Source: an uncultured Microthrixaceae bacterium (GTDB lineage: Bacteria; Actinomycetota; Acidimicrobiia; Acidimicrobiales; DATDAH01). Taken from it: a stretch of DNA of 64,000 bases. Below the pieces are notes generated by a model, which did no database searches, was not told the DNA's origin, and saw only the letters and a program-made list of their open reading frames with translations. Shown here in pieces: positions 29,041 to 40,329 of the stretch. The translations under genes were made by a program, and so were the position numbers. Location of the stretch: positions 1,184,462-1,248,461 of the forward strand of contig CAVSIG010000001.1 of NCBI GenBank assembly GCA_963728005.1, in the 5' to 3' direction. The stretch's first letter is position 1. Every line of letters starts with the position of its first letter.

Positions 29041-30552
29041 GTCGGGCCGCGGTCATGCGGCGGGCCGACGGGATGGCGGCCAGGATCGCCCGCGCCTTGG
29101 CGTGGCACTCGGCGTCCTCGCCCTCGGGGTCGCTGTCGAACACGATGCCGGCGCCGGCCTGGACCGACGCCCGGCCGTCGGGTGCCGACGAACAGCGTGC
29201 GGATGGCGATGGCGGTGTCGATGTTCCCCGAGAAGTCCAGGTAGCCGACGATGCCGGCGTACGGGCCCACGGCGGGTGGGCTCCAGGTCGTCGATGATCT
29301 CCATGGCCCGCACCTTGGGGGCCCCGGACACCGTCCCGGCGGGCAACGTGGCCCGGAGCACGTCGACCGGGGTCCGGCCCTCGGCCAGCTCACCGGAGAC
29401 CTGGGACGTCAGGTGCATCACGTGGCTGTAGCGCTCCAGGATCATGCGCTCGTCGACCTGCTCGGTGCCGAAGGCGACGACCCGACCGACGTCGTTGCGG
29501 GCGAGATCCAGGAGCATGACGTGCTCGGCGAGCTCCTTCGGGTGCTCCCGGAGCTCGGCGCCCAGGCGGCGATCCTCCTCGTCGGTGACACCCCGGGGCC
29601 GGGTGCCGGCGATGGGTCGGGAGACGACCCGCCCGTCCCGCAGCTGGACCATCGGCTCGGGCGACGCCCCCACGACCGTGATCTCCGGGTAGCGCACGAA
29701 GTACATGTAGGGGCTGGGGTTGATCTGACGGAGCACCCGGTAGACGTCGAACGGGTCGGCGTCGAGGTCCACGTCGAAGCGCTGGGACAGCACCACCTGG
29801 AAGATGTCGCCGGCGACGATGTGCTCCTTCGCCACCTCGACGGCCTTCTGGTACGCGTCCGAGCCCAGGACCGAGCGGTACTCCGGCAGCGGCTCGTCAC
29901 GGGTGGGCGGGTCGAGCAGGGGCTCGTCCAGCGGACGGGCACCGTCCCGGGCCAGCGCCTCGACCCGCTCGACCGCATAGTCGTAGATCTCGTCGATGGC
30001 GGTCTCGTCGACGTCCGGCCCGACGACGGCACAGGCGACCAGGGTGACCTGCTGGGTCCAGTGGTCGAACGCGGCCACCTCGCCGATGACCGACATGATC
30101 GCGTCGGGATGGCCTTGGTCGTCCTCCGGCGGCGACGGAAGCCGCTCGACCTCCCGCACCACGTCGTAGCCCAGGTAGCCCATCACCCCGGCGTGCAGCG
30201 GCGGGAGGTCGGGCATCGGCGGGGCCCGGTAGGCGCCCACCAACCACTCGATGGCGGCCAGCACGCCGCCGTCCGTCGGCAGCCCGTGGATCGTCCCGTC
30301 CCGCACCTCGACCTGACCCCCGCGGGCCACGAGCGTGGCCAGGGGGTTGCGACCGACGAACGAGTAACGGCTCCCCTGCTCGCCCCGATCGACCGACTCC
30401 AGGAGGAACCCGGGGCCGTCCTCCACCAAGCGGGCGAACGCAGACACCGGGGTCACGAAGTCGGCGAGGAGGGTCCTCCAGACCGGGACGACGGTGTGGT
30501 CCCGGGCGAGGTCCCGGAACTGCTCCCTACTCGGGCTGATCACCGAAGTCAC
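29012..30552 (-). CDS. trpE: Anthranilate synthase component I; two frameshifts (~29255 extra G in G-run, ~29180)
   Basis: Chorismate-binding motifs ([57 protein letters not shown]..) spread over three frames. Confidence 0.85.
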
Positions 30553-30895
30553 GGAAGAAGCAGGAGCGCTCGCCGGTGTGGCAGGCGCCCTTGCCCTCCT
30601 GCTCCACCACGAAGAGCAGGGTGTCGCCGTCGCAGTCGTAGGCGGCCCGGCGCACGTACTGCCGGTCGCCCGAGGTCTCGCCCTTGCACCAGTACTCCTG
30701 GCGCGAACGGCTCCAGAACCACGTCCGACCCGTCTCCAGCGTCTTCGCCAGCGACTCGGCGTTCATCCACGCCATCATCAGCACCTCGCCGGTGCCCTCC
30801 TCCTGCACGATGGCCGGGACGAGGCCGTCGGCGCCGTAGGTGACCGCCGCCAGCTGCTCGGACGTGGCGGCGAGGGGGGTCGCGGTCGGGCTCAC
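30527..30895 (-). CDS. hisI: Phosphoribosyl-AMP cyclohydrolase
   Basis: [35 protein letters not shown]. Confidence 0.85.
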   Translation of the reverse strand: MSPTATPLAATSEQLAAVTYGADGLVPAIVQEEGTGEVLMMAWMNAESLAKTLETGRTWFWSRSRQEYWCKGETSGDRQYVRRAAYDCDGDTLLFVVEQEGKGACHTGERSCFFRDFGDQPE

Positions 30896-30982
30896 CCCCT
30901 CATCCTACGGACGGTGCCCCCCCGAACTGGCCTCCGATTCGCCGGTCATGGGCGGCAGATCGGAGGCCAGTTCGAGGTGGGG

Positions 30983-33019
30983 TCAGGTTTCGGGCGCCGG
31001 CTCCGCCTCCTCGGTCGATTCGGCCGGTGCGGCGCCGACCGCCGCCGGCTCGGGCGCCGGCGTGGGGGCCCCGTCGCCGTTCGCGGACGGGGACTCCGAG
31101 CGGCCGTCGGTGCTCTGGGCCAGGTTGCGCATGAGCACCGCCCCGATGCCGCCCAGGACGCCGTCGTTCCCGCCCACGAGGATGTCGGGGACGATCTTGA
31201 CGTGGCCGGCGCCGACCTCCCGCAGGGCGGCCACCAGGGCCGTCTGCTCGGCGCCGATGGCCTCGCGCTGGGCCTCGAAGCCCTTCGCCCGGGCCAGGCC
31301 GAGGGCTTGCTCGGCGGAGGCGCTGGCGGCGCCCAGGGCCTGGGTGCGGGTGGCCTCGGCGTTGCCGGTCGTGGTGATGACCGCGGCCTCGCCCTCGGCG
31401 CGGGCTTCGTTGGCCTGGGCGCGGGCCTTCTCGATGTCGATCGACACGTTGGCCTGGGCCAGCTGGCTCTGCATGTCGGCGACGCCGCGCTGCTGCTCGA
31501 GGCTGACCCGGGCCTCCTGGGCCAGCTGCTGCTGGCCGAACGTGGCCTTCTCCTGCGACGCGATCTCCCGGGTGGTCAGCACCTCGACCAGGTCCTCGGG
31601 GAACACCACGTCCTGGATGTAGACGCCGCGGGTCTCGACCTCGTACCGGGACAGGTACTGCTGGATGTAGGTCTCGGCGGCGTGCTGGACCTCGTCCCGC
31701 TTCTCGATGAACTCGGTGGCGCCGAGCGTCTGCAGCTTGTTGCGGAAGTAGTTGCCGACGGCCGACTGCAGGACCTCGTTGACCAGGTTCTTCATGGTCC
31801 CGACCATGGAGATGACCTTCGGCGCCCGGGTGTCGGGCACGTGGATCTGCACCTGTAGGTCGATGTTGAAGGTGAAGGCCTCCCGGCTCTTGGCGTCGAT
31901 GGGCGCCAGGTGCTCGTCGAGGCTGTGGGCGTCGCTGGTGGCGTGCGACCAGTTCAGGGTCAGGATCGACGTGGGGACGATCTCCGCCTCGTAGATGCGC
32001 GGGTTCAGCGTGTACTTGCCGGTGCGCAGCGGCTCGGACCAGATGCCCTGGTGACCGGGCTGCACGATCGAGCCGAACTTGAACTCCTCGCCCGAGGTGT
32101 CCTCGGTGGGCAGACCGACGTAGGACTTGATGACCGCCACCTCGCCCTGGCGGACGACCAGCATCTCCCGCAGCTCGACCCGAACCAGGAACGGGTTCAG
32201 GAGGTACGAGCCGTAGAGCAGCGGATCGTGCTGGAGGCCGATGCAGCCGCCGTTGGCCAGGAACGCCTGGTAGTCCTGGTAGTTGTCGTGGAGGTGGTTC
32301 TTCGACCGGAGGACCGCCTGGATGATCTGGGTCGGCGACCCGCCTTCGGCGTTCTGTTCCATGGCGGTGACGTCGCTGAACCCGCCGATGCGGCTGGCGA
32401 TGTCCCCCGACGGCGGGCCCTCGAGCGTGGTCACCACGCCGACGATGTCGGTCTCGCCCTGGGGCGTGATGTGCATGACGTTGAGGGCGTTCTCGTCGAC
32501 CTGGCCGGCCGCCGATCGGGTGGCCTCCGAGATCATCTTCCCGAAGATCCGCTCCCGGGTGATCACCACGAAGCCCACCGGGTGGATGGGCGCCGTGCTC
32601 CCCGGAGGCAGCACCGGCCGCTGCACGCCGCGTTGCCCACCGGCGGACAGGAACGTGTGGACGTCGGAGAAGTTGCCGAACTCGGGCTTGTAGACGGCGG
32701 ACTTGGCGCCGGTCGGCAGCGGCGCGCCGACCTGCGCGATGACCAGCCCGATGTGGTCCGGTGGCACCTGGACCCAGGCGTACCGCTCGACCTTGTAGAT
32801 CGGCCAGAGCTTGAAGCGCAGACCGGGCATGAGCAGGTCGGCCTGGTAGCCGGCCTCCCCGCTCAGGGCGAGCAGCGAGTCGCCCTTCAGCTTCGAGCCC
32901 AAGCGCTTGGTGACCAACCCCACCTCGGCCGCGCCGATCGAGGTGAGGCTCGAGGCCACCACGACCACGAGGACGAACAGGACCAGCGAAACGACCAGCA
33001 AAACCGCCAACGCACCCAT
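30983..33019 (-). CDS. Flotillin-family (YqiK-like) SPFH/band-7 protein with long coiled-coil
   Basis: N-terminal TM (MGALAVLLVVSLVLFVLVVVVASS), SPFH region, extended EA/Q-rich coiled coil (ARAQANEARAEGEAAV...); 679 aa. Confidence 0.8.
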   Translation of the reverse strand: MGALAVLLVVSLVLFVLVVVVASSLTSIGAAEVGLVTKRLGSKLKGDSLLALSGEAGYQADLLMPGLRFKLWPIYKVERYAWVQVPPDHIGLVIAQVGAPLPTGAKSAVYKPEFGNFSDVHTFLSAGGQRGVQRPVLPPGSTAPIHPVGFVVITRERIFGKMISEATRSAAGQVDENALNVMHITPQGETDIVGVVTTLEGPPSGDIASRIGGFSDVTAMEQNAEGGSPTQIIQAVLRSKNHLHDNYQDYQAFLANGGCIGLQHDPLLYGSYLLNPFLVRVELREMLVVRQGEVAVIKSYVGLPTEDTSGEEFKFGSIVQPGHQGIWSEPLRTGKYTLNPRIYEAEIVPTSILTLNWSHATSDAHSLDEHLAPIDAKSREAFTFNIDLQVQIHVPDTRAPKVISMVGTMKNLVNEVLQSAVGNYFRNKLQTLGATEFIEKRDEVQHAAETYIQQYLSRYEVETRGVYIQDVVFPEDLVEVLTTREIASQEKATFGQQQLAQEARVSLEQQRGVADMQSQLAQANVSIDIEKARAQANEARAEGEAAVITTTGNAEATRTQALGAASASAEQALGLARAKGFEAQREAIGAEQTALVAALREVGAGHVKIVPDILVGGNDGVLGGIGAVLMRNLAQSTDGRSESPSANGDGAPTPAPEPAAVGAAPAESTEEAEPAPET

Positions 33020-33068
33020 CAGGACACTCCTCCAACCGACAGCAGGGACAGCAGAGCAGATGTGGGGT

Positions 33069-33635
33069 TCATCGCGCGCCGCGCGCGAACACGTCGACCT
33101 CGTCGAGGCTGGCGTAGCCCAGGTGCAGCAACCCCTCCCGGAGGTCGCCGTCGACCTCGACGTCGACCCGACCCCCCCGGTGCAGCACCGGGTCGAGGCC
33201 ACCGGGCCCGATGGACCCCGGTCGCACGATGGCGTGGGCCGGGAGGCGGTCCCGGTGCCAGGTCGACTCGTCGTACGCCGCGGTCACGAAGTAGCCCCCC
33301 AGAGGGTTGAACACGTCCTCGATCACCTGGAACTCGCCGGGCTCCGTGGTCGAGCGCAGGACGAGGCGCCGGGCGCAGGTCGCTGCTGACGCGCCGCGCT
33401 CCATGCCGACCCGCACGTCCGCCTCCCGGAACAGGCCGAGGACCAGCCGCCCGTCGGTGGGGACCCGGACCGTGTCCAGGCGATCCCCCTCGGCGACGGC
33501 CTCGGCCACCCGGCGGCGGGCGGCGGCGGCCACCACGGCATCCCGGTGCGTGGCCAGGGCGGCGGCCAGCTCCTCGTCGTCGAAGAGCCGCTCGATCACC
33601 GCCCACTGCTGTTCGACGGGGAGGCGGTCGAACAC
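33069..33635 (-). CDS. Hypothetical soluble protein (188 aa), unknown function
   Basis: No recognisable motifs; GTG start; frame is open a further ~60 codons upstream without a canonical start codon. Confidence 0.45.
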   Translation of the reverse strand: MFDRLPVEQQWAVIERLFDDEELAAALATHRDAVVAAAARRRVAEAVAEGDRLDTVRVPTDGRLVLGLFREADVRVGMERGASAATCARRLVLRSTTEPGEFQVIEDVFNPLGGYFVTAAYDESTWHRDRLPAHAIVRPGSIGPGGLDPVLHRGGRVDVEVDGDLREGLLHLGYASLDEVDVFARGAR

Positions 33636-33827
33636 CGCCCGGGCGTGCTGCTGGCGCTCCCGCTCGGTGAAGCCCTGGAAGACGGCGTCGAGGTCGGCGG
33701 TGCCGGCGTCGTCGTCGGCGGCGACCCGGGCGACCTCCGCCTTGATCTCGCGCGCAAGCTCCAGGTAGCCGTCGGCCTCGCCGCCCCGGTCAGCGTTCGA
33801 GGCCAGCTCGAGTCCCGCCGGTCAGCA

Positions 33828-34193
33828 TCACAAGTACAGCCCTGTGCCGCTCTCTTCGAGTCGCTGGGCGGCGACGGCGTGGATGTCCCGCTCCCGCAGG
33901 ATCAGGTAGTCGTCCCCGCCGACCTCGACCTCGTAGCGGTCCTCCGGGTTGAACAGCACGTGGTCGCCGAGCTCCATGTTCCGCACGTTGGGGCCGATGG
34001 CGATCACTTCGGCCCACGCCAGGCGCTTGCCCACCTGGGCCGTGGCGGGGATGAGGATGCCGCCGGTCGAGCGCCGCTCGCCCTCCTGCCGGTCCATGTC
34101 GACCAGGATGCGGTCGTTCAGCATCTTGATGGGCAGGCGCTCGCGGCCCCGCTGGTCCTTGGTCCCCGCGCCGTTCGCGCTGTCAGTGCTCAT
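33828..34193 (-). CDS. groES: GroES/Cpn10-family co-chaperonin paralogue (shortened roof loop, ~20-aa N- and C-terminal extensions), not adjacent to groEL
   Basis: [11 protein letters not shown]...[10 protein letters not shown]...VIAIGPN...GDHVLF...[13 protein letters not shown] aligns along the whole GroES fold. Confidence 0.6.
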   Translation of the reverse strand: MSTDSANGAGTKDQRGRERLPIKMLNDRILVDMDRQEGERRSTGGILIPATAQVGKRLAWAEVIAIGPNVRNMELGDHVLFNPEDRYEVEVGGDDYLILRERDIHAVAAQRLEESGTGLYL

Positions 34194-34221
34194 GGCTCTC
34201 GTGCCTGACGGTACCGCCCCG

Positions 34222-34983
34222 TCAGACCGGACGGACCGTGATGCCCCGGGCGGCCATCGTGGCCTTCGCCTCGGCGATGGTGTGCTCGCCGAAGTGGAAG
34301 ATGCTGGCCGCCAGCACCGCGTCGGCCTTCCCCTCCAGGATCCCCTCCGCCAGGTGGTCGAGCGTGCCCACCCCGCCGCTGGCGATGACGGGCACGCCGA
34401 CGGCGTCGCTCACCGCGGCGGTGAGCTCCAGGTCGAAGCCGTCCTTCGTCCCGTCCCGGTCCATCGAGGTGAGCAGGATCTCCCCCGCCCCGCGCCGGAC
34501 GACCTCCTCGGCCCAGGCCACGGCGTCGATCCCCGTGGGCGTCCGCCCGCCGTGGGTGAAGACCTCCGGCCGACCGTCGTCCCGGCGGCGGGCGTCGATG
34601 GCCACGACCATGCACTGGGCGCCGAACTCGGTGGCGATCTCGGACACCAGGTCCGGGTTCTCCACCGCGGCCGTCATGACCGAGACCTTGTCGGCCCCGG
34701 CCCGGAGCAGGCGCCGGGCGTCGTCCACCTCCCGCACTCCACCGCCGATCGTGAAGGGGATGAACACCTCCTCGGCCGTGCGCCGGGCCAGCTCGACGAT
34801 GGTCTCCCGCTTGTCCGACGACGCCGTGATGTCGAGGAAGACGATCTCGTCGGCGCCCTCCGCGTCGTAGCGGGCGGCCAGCTCGACCGGGTCGCCGGCG
34901 TCGGCGAGGTCGACGAAGTTCACGCCCTTCACCACGCGGCCGGCGTCCACGTCGAGGCAGGGAATGACCCGAGCGACGTTCAT
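34222..34983 (-). CDS. hisF: Imidazole glycerol phosphate synthase cyclase subunit
   Basis: [20 protein letters not shown], motif set complete. Confidence 0.9.
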   Translation of the reverse strand: MNVARVIPCLDVDAGRVVKGVNFVDLADAGDPVELAARYDAEGADEIVFLDITASSDKRETIVELARRTAEEVFIPFTIGGGVREVDDARRLLRAGADKVSVMTAAVENPDLVSEIATEFGAQCMVVAIDARRRDDGRPEVFTHGGRTPTGIDAVAWAEEVVRRGAGEILLTSMDRDGTKDGFDLELTAAVSDAVGVPVIASGGVGTLDHLAEGILEGKADAVLAASIFHFGEHTIAEAKATMAARGITVRPV

Positions 34984-35690
34984 GGCGCCAGCACCGCCAC
35001 GGCGTCGGGCACGCTGACCCGCCGGTCGTAGAGGGCGCGCCCCACGATGACCCCGTCGAGGTCCAACGCGGTGAGCGCCTCCAGGTCGTCGACCGAGCCG
35101 ACGCCGCCCGACGCGACGACCGGGGCGGTGGTCACCTCCAGCACCGCGGCCAGCCCGTCCACGTCGGGCCCCTCCAGCATCCCGTCCCGGCCGATCTCGG
35201 TGACCACGAGGGCGGCGACGCCCATCTCGCCGAAGCGGGTGGCCGCCTCCAGCAGGTCCACCCCGCTCGAGGCCTCCCAGCCCCGCACGGCCAGGTCCCG
35301 TCCCCGGGCATCGAGGCCGACGGCCACCGGCCCGTCGGGCACCAGCGAGGCCACCAGGTCGGGATCCTCGAGGGCCGCCGTGCCCATGACCACCCGGGCC
35401 ACCCCCGCCGACCAGAGGGCTTCGGCGTCGGCGCGGGAGCGCACGCCGCCACCGACCTGCACCGGCACGTCAATCGCGGTGGCGATGCGGCCGATGACCT
35501 CCCGGTTCACCGGCTCGCCGGTGCGGGCGGCGTCGAGGTCGACGACGTGGATCCACGGCGCGCCCTCGGCCTGCCACTGCTCGGCCTGGCCGACGGGGTC
35601 GTCGCCGAAGTCGGTGGCCCGGTCGTAGTCCCCCTGCTGGAGACGCACGCAGCGCCCACCGAGCAGGTCGATGGCGGCGTAGAGGTTCAC
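34980..35690 (-). CDS. hisA: ProFAR isomerase HisA/PriA
   Basis: [33 protein letters not shown]; GTG start overlapping hisH end. Confidence 0.9.
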   Translation of the reverse strand: MNLYAAIDLLGGRCVRLQQGDYDRATDFGDDPVGQAEQWQAEGAPWIHVVDLDAARTGEPVNREVIGRIATAIDVPVQVGGGVRSRADAEALWSAGVARVVMGTAALEDPDLVASLVPDGPVAVGLDARGRDLAVRGWEASSGVDLLEAATRFGEMGVAALVVTEIGRDGMLEGPDVDGLAAVLEVTTAPVVASGGVGSVDDLEALTALDLDGVIVGRALYDRRVSVPDAVAVLAP

Positions 35691-36300
35691 GCGACAGCCG
35701 GGTCAGGAAGTTGGCCAGGAGCTGCTGGCCGGCCCGGCCCGACTTCTCGGGGTGGAACTGCATGGCCCAGACGTTGCCCTGTTCGACCCCGGCCACCACC
35801 GGCCCGCCGTAGTCGCAGGTGACCACGACGCCGGGGCCTGGCTCGGGGGCGAAGGAGTGCACGAAGTAGACCCAGGTCGGATCGTCCACGCCCTGCAGCA
35901 TCTCGGCCCGACCCTCCGCCTGCAGCGTGTTCCACTGCATCTGCGGGTGCTTCACGCCCGAAGGCAGCCGGCGGACGGTGCCCGACAGCACGCCCAGCCC
36001 TGCGACGCCCGGGTTCTCCTCGGACGCCTCGTAGAGCAACTGCATGCCGACGCAGATGCCCAGGAAGGGCCGCCCCGAGTCGACCGCCCGGCGCGCCTGC
36101 TCGTCCAGGCCGGTGCGCCCGAGAGCGTCCATGCACGCCCCGAAGGCACCCACCCCGGGCAGGACCACGCCGGCGGCGGCGTCGATCACCGCCGGGTCCG
36201 CGGTCAGGCGAGCATCGGCGCCCAGGTGCTCCAGGGCTTTCTGGGCCGAGCGCAGGTTGCCGATGCCGTAGTCCAGGACCGCGACGACCGGGCCCGTCAA
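35687..36300 (-). CDS. hisH: Imidazole glycerol phosphate synthase glutaminase subunit; probable frameshift in last ~15 codons
   Basis: [26 protein letters not shown] (Cys), HSF, FHPEKSG; TTG start overlaps hisB stop (TTGA). Confidence 0.85.
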
Positions 36301-36888
36301 AGGGTCCCCTTCGTGGACGGGATCCCCGAGCCCTCGACCTTGACGGCGTCCCGCAGCGAGCGGGCGGTGGCCTTGAACGAGGCTTCGATCACGTGGTGGG
36401 TGTTCTTGCCGCGCACCATCGTCAGGTGCAGGGTCCATCCCGCGGCGGTGACCAGCGCCCGCCAGAACTCCTCCGCCAGCTGCGGGTCGAACGGCGGGTC
36501 GCCCAGGATCTTCTCGCCCGGCGGGTCGATCTCGTAGACCAGGAACGGGCGGCCGGACAGGTCCAGCGCGCACTCGACCAGCGCCTCGTCGAGGGGCACG
36601 GCCGACGCTGGCGAAGCGACGCACGCCGGCCTTGTCGCCCAGTGCCTCCTTCAGGGCGCCACCCAGGGCGATGCCCACGTCCTCCACGGTGTGGTGGGCG
36701 TCGATCTCCAGGTCGCCGCTTGCCTTCACCGTGAGGTCCAGCCCGCCGTGACGACCCAGCTGGGCCAGCATGTGGTCGAAGAACGGCAGGCCGGTCTCGA
36801 CGTCGGTGGTGCCGGTGCCGTCGAGGTCGACGGTCAGCTCGATGTCGGTCTCCGCCGTCTTCCGGGTGACGGTGGCGGTTCTGGTCAC
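36297..36888 (-). CDS. hisB: Imidazoleglycerol-phosphate dehydratase; frameshift near 36600
   Basis: N-terminus ([17 protein letters not shown]...[11 protein letters not shown]) in one frame, C-terminus (ORF 36297..36599) in another; GTGA overlap with hisC stop. Confidence 0.85.
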
Positions 36889-37956
36889 AGGATCTCCTCG
36901 AGGGCGGCCAGGAAGCGGTCGTTCTCCTCCGGGGTGCCCACGGTCACCCGCAGGCAGTCGCCGAGCCGGGGCCACGACGCGCAGTTGCGCACCAGCACGC
37001 CACGGTCGACGAGGGCCTGCCACACGGCGTCGCCGGTGGCCGCCTCGGGACGGAAGAGGATGAAGTTGGCGCCGGTCGGCCACTGGTGGACGGGCAGGCC
37101 CTCGAGGCCGTCGACCAGCCGCTGCCGTTCGGCCACGATCTGCTCGACACGGGCGAGCATGGCGTCGGTGTGGCCGAGGGCCAGGCGCCCCGCCAGTTGG
37201 CTGACGGCGTCGAGGTGGTACGGGAGGGCCACCTTCTGGAGCTCGTCGACCACCCACGAGGGGGCGATGCCGTAGCCCAGCCGCCCGGCGGCCATGGCCC
37301 AGGTCTTGGAGAAGGTCCGGGTGACGACCAGCGGGCGTTCGTCGTCGACGAGGTCGAGCGCCGGACGACGCCGCGAACTGCCCGTACGCCTCGTCCACGA
37401 CGACGAGAGCGCCGGCGGCCGCCGACCGCTCGACCACGGCCAGGACGCTTTCGGGTGGGGTCACCTGACCGGTGGGGTTGTCCGGCGAGCACAGGAAGAC
37501 CACGTCGGCGCCGTCGGCCAGGACCCGGTCCACCTCGGCCAGGTCCAGGGTGAAGTCCTCGCTCCGCTCGCCGGCCACGACATTCGTGCCCGTGACCTTG
37601 GCGATCTGGCGGTGCATGGCGTACGTGGGCTCGAACGTGACCGCCGTGCGCCCGGGGCCGCCGTAGGCCAGCAGGATCGACTGCAGGACCTCGTTCGAGC
37701 CGTTGGCGGCGAAGACCCGCTCGACGTTCGTGCCGTGGTGCTCGGCGATCGCCGACCGGAGGGCGACAGCGTCGCGGTCCGGGTACCGGTTCCAGGCGAT
37801 GTCGCCCAGGGCGCCGGCGAGCTCGTCCACCCAGGGCTCGGGAGGGCCGAAGGGCGACTCGTTGGTGTTGAGGCGCACGGGCACGTCGAGCTGCGGCGAG
37901 TGGTACCCGGCCATGACGGCCAGGTCGTCCCGGGGCTGGACACGGGTGACGGTCAC
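36885..37956 (-). CDS. hisC: Histidinol-phosphate aminotransferase; frameshift near 37360 (extra G)
   Basis: [36 protein letters not shown] (PLP Lys) across two frames. Confidence 0.85.
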
Positions 37957-39261
37957 GGCAGGGCCGTCCGTCGTGCGGCGATCGACGCGGCGTGCACGGT
38001 GCAGGCCCTCGGCCGTGGCCAGCGTCTCCACGACCGGCCCGAGGCGGGCGAAGCCCTCCGCGTCGGCGCTGACCACGTGGATCTGCTTGAGGAAGTCGAG
38101 GACCGACAGCGCGCCCGCGTAGCGAGCGGAGCCGAAGGTGGGCAGCACGTGGCTGGGACCGGCCGTGTAGTCGCCCAGGGACGCCGGGGCCCACGGACCG
38201 CAGAACACCGCACCGGCGTTGCGCACCTTCGGCACCAGGACGTCGGGATCGGCGGTCATGAGCTGGAGGTGCTCAGGGGCGATGGCGTTGGCGACGGCCA
38301 TCGCCTCGTCGGGGCCGTCGACCAGGACGGTGAAGCCGCCGTCGGCGAGCGTCGCCTCGATGTCCGTCCGCCGGTCGGCTCCGGCGACGATCTCGGCGAT
38401 GGCTTCGTCGACGGCGTCGGCGACGGCCTCGTCCCAGGTGATGAGCCAGGCCAGGCCGCCCGGGCCGTGCTCGGCCTGGACGACGATGTCGACCGCACAC
38501 AGCTCCGCCGGCACCGAGTCGTCGCCGACGACCACGACCTCCGACGGCCCCGCGAACGCGGCGGGCACGCCGACCAGGCCCGTGACCTGGCGCTTGGCCT
38601 GCGACACGTAGACATTGCCCGGACCCACGATCACGTCGACCGGTCGGATGGTCGCCGTCCCGTACGCCAGCGCGCCGACGGCCTGGGCGCCACCGACCCG
38701 GTACACCTCGTCGGCCTCGGCGATGGCGGCGGCGGCCAGGGTCTCGGTGGGCACGGTGCCGTCCGGCCCCGGCGGGGTGACGAGGACGGCCTCCTCCACC
38801 CCGGCGGCCTTGGCGGGCACGACGGTCATGAGCACGGTCGACGGGTAGCGGGCGCGGCCACCGGGCACGTAGCAGCCCGCCCGGGCGACGGGGACGTAGT
38901 ACTCGTCGATCACGACGCCGGCCCGGTCATGGCGACGGGGCGGCGGCACCTGGCCGGCGTGGTAGTCGCCGATCTCGGCCGCCGCGGTCTCCAGCGCGGC
39001 GCGCACGCCGGGATCGACCTGCTCGAGGGCGGCCGCCACCTCTTCCGGCGGCACCCGCAGGTCGTCGAGGCGGACGCCGTCCAGGCGCTCGGTGTGGTCC
39101 CGCACGGCATCGTCACCCCGTTCGGCGACGTCGGCCAGGATCGCCCGGACCGCCTCGACGGGCTCGTCACCGCCCAACGCCGGTCGCGGCAGGTCCGCGG
39201 CCGGATCGGCGGCACCTCGGCGGTCGAGCCGGGTCAGGAGCGGGCTGAGGACGGGGGCCAT
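37953..39261 (-). CDS. hisD: Histidinol dehydrogenase; the reading frame runs into hisC with no stop, so a 3'-terminal frameshift is likely
   Basis: Full HisD-like sequence ([13 protein letters not shown]..., VQAEHGP..., Zn-binding region); a TGA in the -1 frame overlaps the hisC GTG start (GTGA) as expected. Confidence 0.85.
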
Positions 39262-39300
39262 CGGCGCCTCACGGTACCGGCGGCCTCTCGGGGGATCGGT

Positions 39301-39534
39301 TTGCTTTCGGCCACACTGGCCTCCGTGACCCCGCACCACGCCCAGCTCGCCTCCACCGCCTCGAGCCTCGACGACCTCATCGCGCGGGTCACGGCCGCGG
39401 CCGACGAGCTGTCCGGTGGGCAGGACGACGACGTGGCCGCCGACCTGTACGAGGTGGAGCGTTCGCTGAAGTCCGGCGCCCGACGGCTCGCCTCCGTGCT
39501 GCGCCGGTTGGGCACCGACGGTTCCCGACGCTGA
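39301..39534 (+). CDS. Possible small helical protein (~70-77 aa), divergent from hisD
   Basis: Tail of a long + strand ORF reads [35 protein letters not shown]...[16 protein letters not shown]; no homology recognised. Confidence 0.2.
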   Translation: MLSATLASVTPHHAQLASTASSLDDLIARVTAAADELSGGQDDDVAADLYEVERSLKSGARRLASVLRRLGTDGSRR

Positions 39535-39690
39535 CGGAGAGCGGACCCCCCGAACGGGTGACCACCTGCCCGGACGCGGGGCCGGCGCCCACGAGGGGCG
39601 CCGGCCGTGGGCGACCTCGGGCGGCGGATCCCGATGGTCGCCGGTTAGCCAGGTGGCGGGAACCTGGCAGGCGGCCCACTCTAGTCGTGG

Positions 39691-40291
39691 TCAGACGTCT
39701 GACGCAGGACAGAAGTCGTTCAGGACGCAGTCGTGGCACCGCGGCTTGCGGGCCACGCACACCCGCCGGCCGTGCAGGATCAGGCGGAGGCTGAACCGGC
39801 CACGCTCCTTGGCGGGGATCATCGCGTTCAGCTCCATCTCGACCTTGACCGGGTCCTCCTCGGTGGTGAGGCCCAGTCGGCGGGACAGCCGGCCGACGTG
39901 GGTGTCCACCGGCAGGCCCGGCAGGTCCAGGGCCACCGAGCGAACGACGTTGGCCGTCTTGCGGCCGACGCCGGGGAGCTTCGTCAGCTCGGACATCTTC
40001 GCCGGGACCTCGCCGTCGTGGTCCTCGACGAGTCCTTGGGCCATCCCGATGAGGCTCTTGGTCTTCGACCGGAAGAAGCCCGTCGAGCGGATGATCTCCT
40101 CCAGCTCCGGCGGGTCCGCCTCGGCCAGGTCGAAGGCCGTCGGGTAGCGGGCGAACAGACACCGGGGTGACCATGTTCACCCGGGCGTCGGTGCACTGGG
40201 CCGACAGGATCGTGGCCGCCAGGAGCTGGTACGGGTTCTCGTGGTCCAGCTCGCAGCGGGCGTCGGGGTACTCCTCGGTCAGTCGCCGCAT
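39691..40291 (-). CDS. nth: Endonuclease III; frameshift near 40165
   Basis: N-terminus ([21 protein letters not shown]) in ORF 39389..40333 frame; middle and C-terminus (LFARYP...Hh[11 protein letters not shown] ... [4Fe-4S] [17 protein letters not shown]) in ORF 39691..40044 frame. Confidence 0.8.
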
Positions 40292-40329
40292 CGTCTCCCG
40301 GGCGCGTCCGGCTGGCGTTCGAGGGCGAC

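Noticed and set aside
33636-33826. Possible N-terminal extension of the 188-aa hypothetical protein up to the GroES-like stop
   Set aside because: The frame is open and looks protein-like, but it contains no ATG, GTG or TTG. In very GC-rich DNA such stop-free stretches arise by chance, so the GTG at 33635 was kept.
35470-39339. 1289-aa ORF covering hisH, hisB, hisC and hisD
   Set aside because: It is not one gene. Frameshifts and missing stops join four his genes; their individual homologies and overlapping GTGA/TTGA junctions show separate cistrons.
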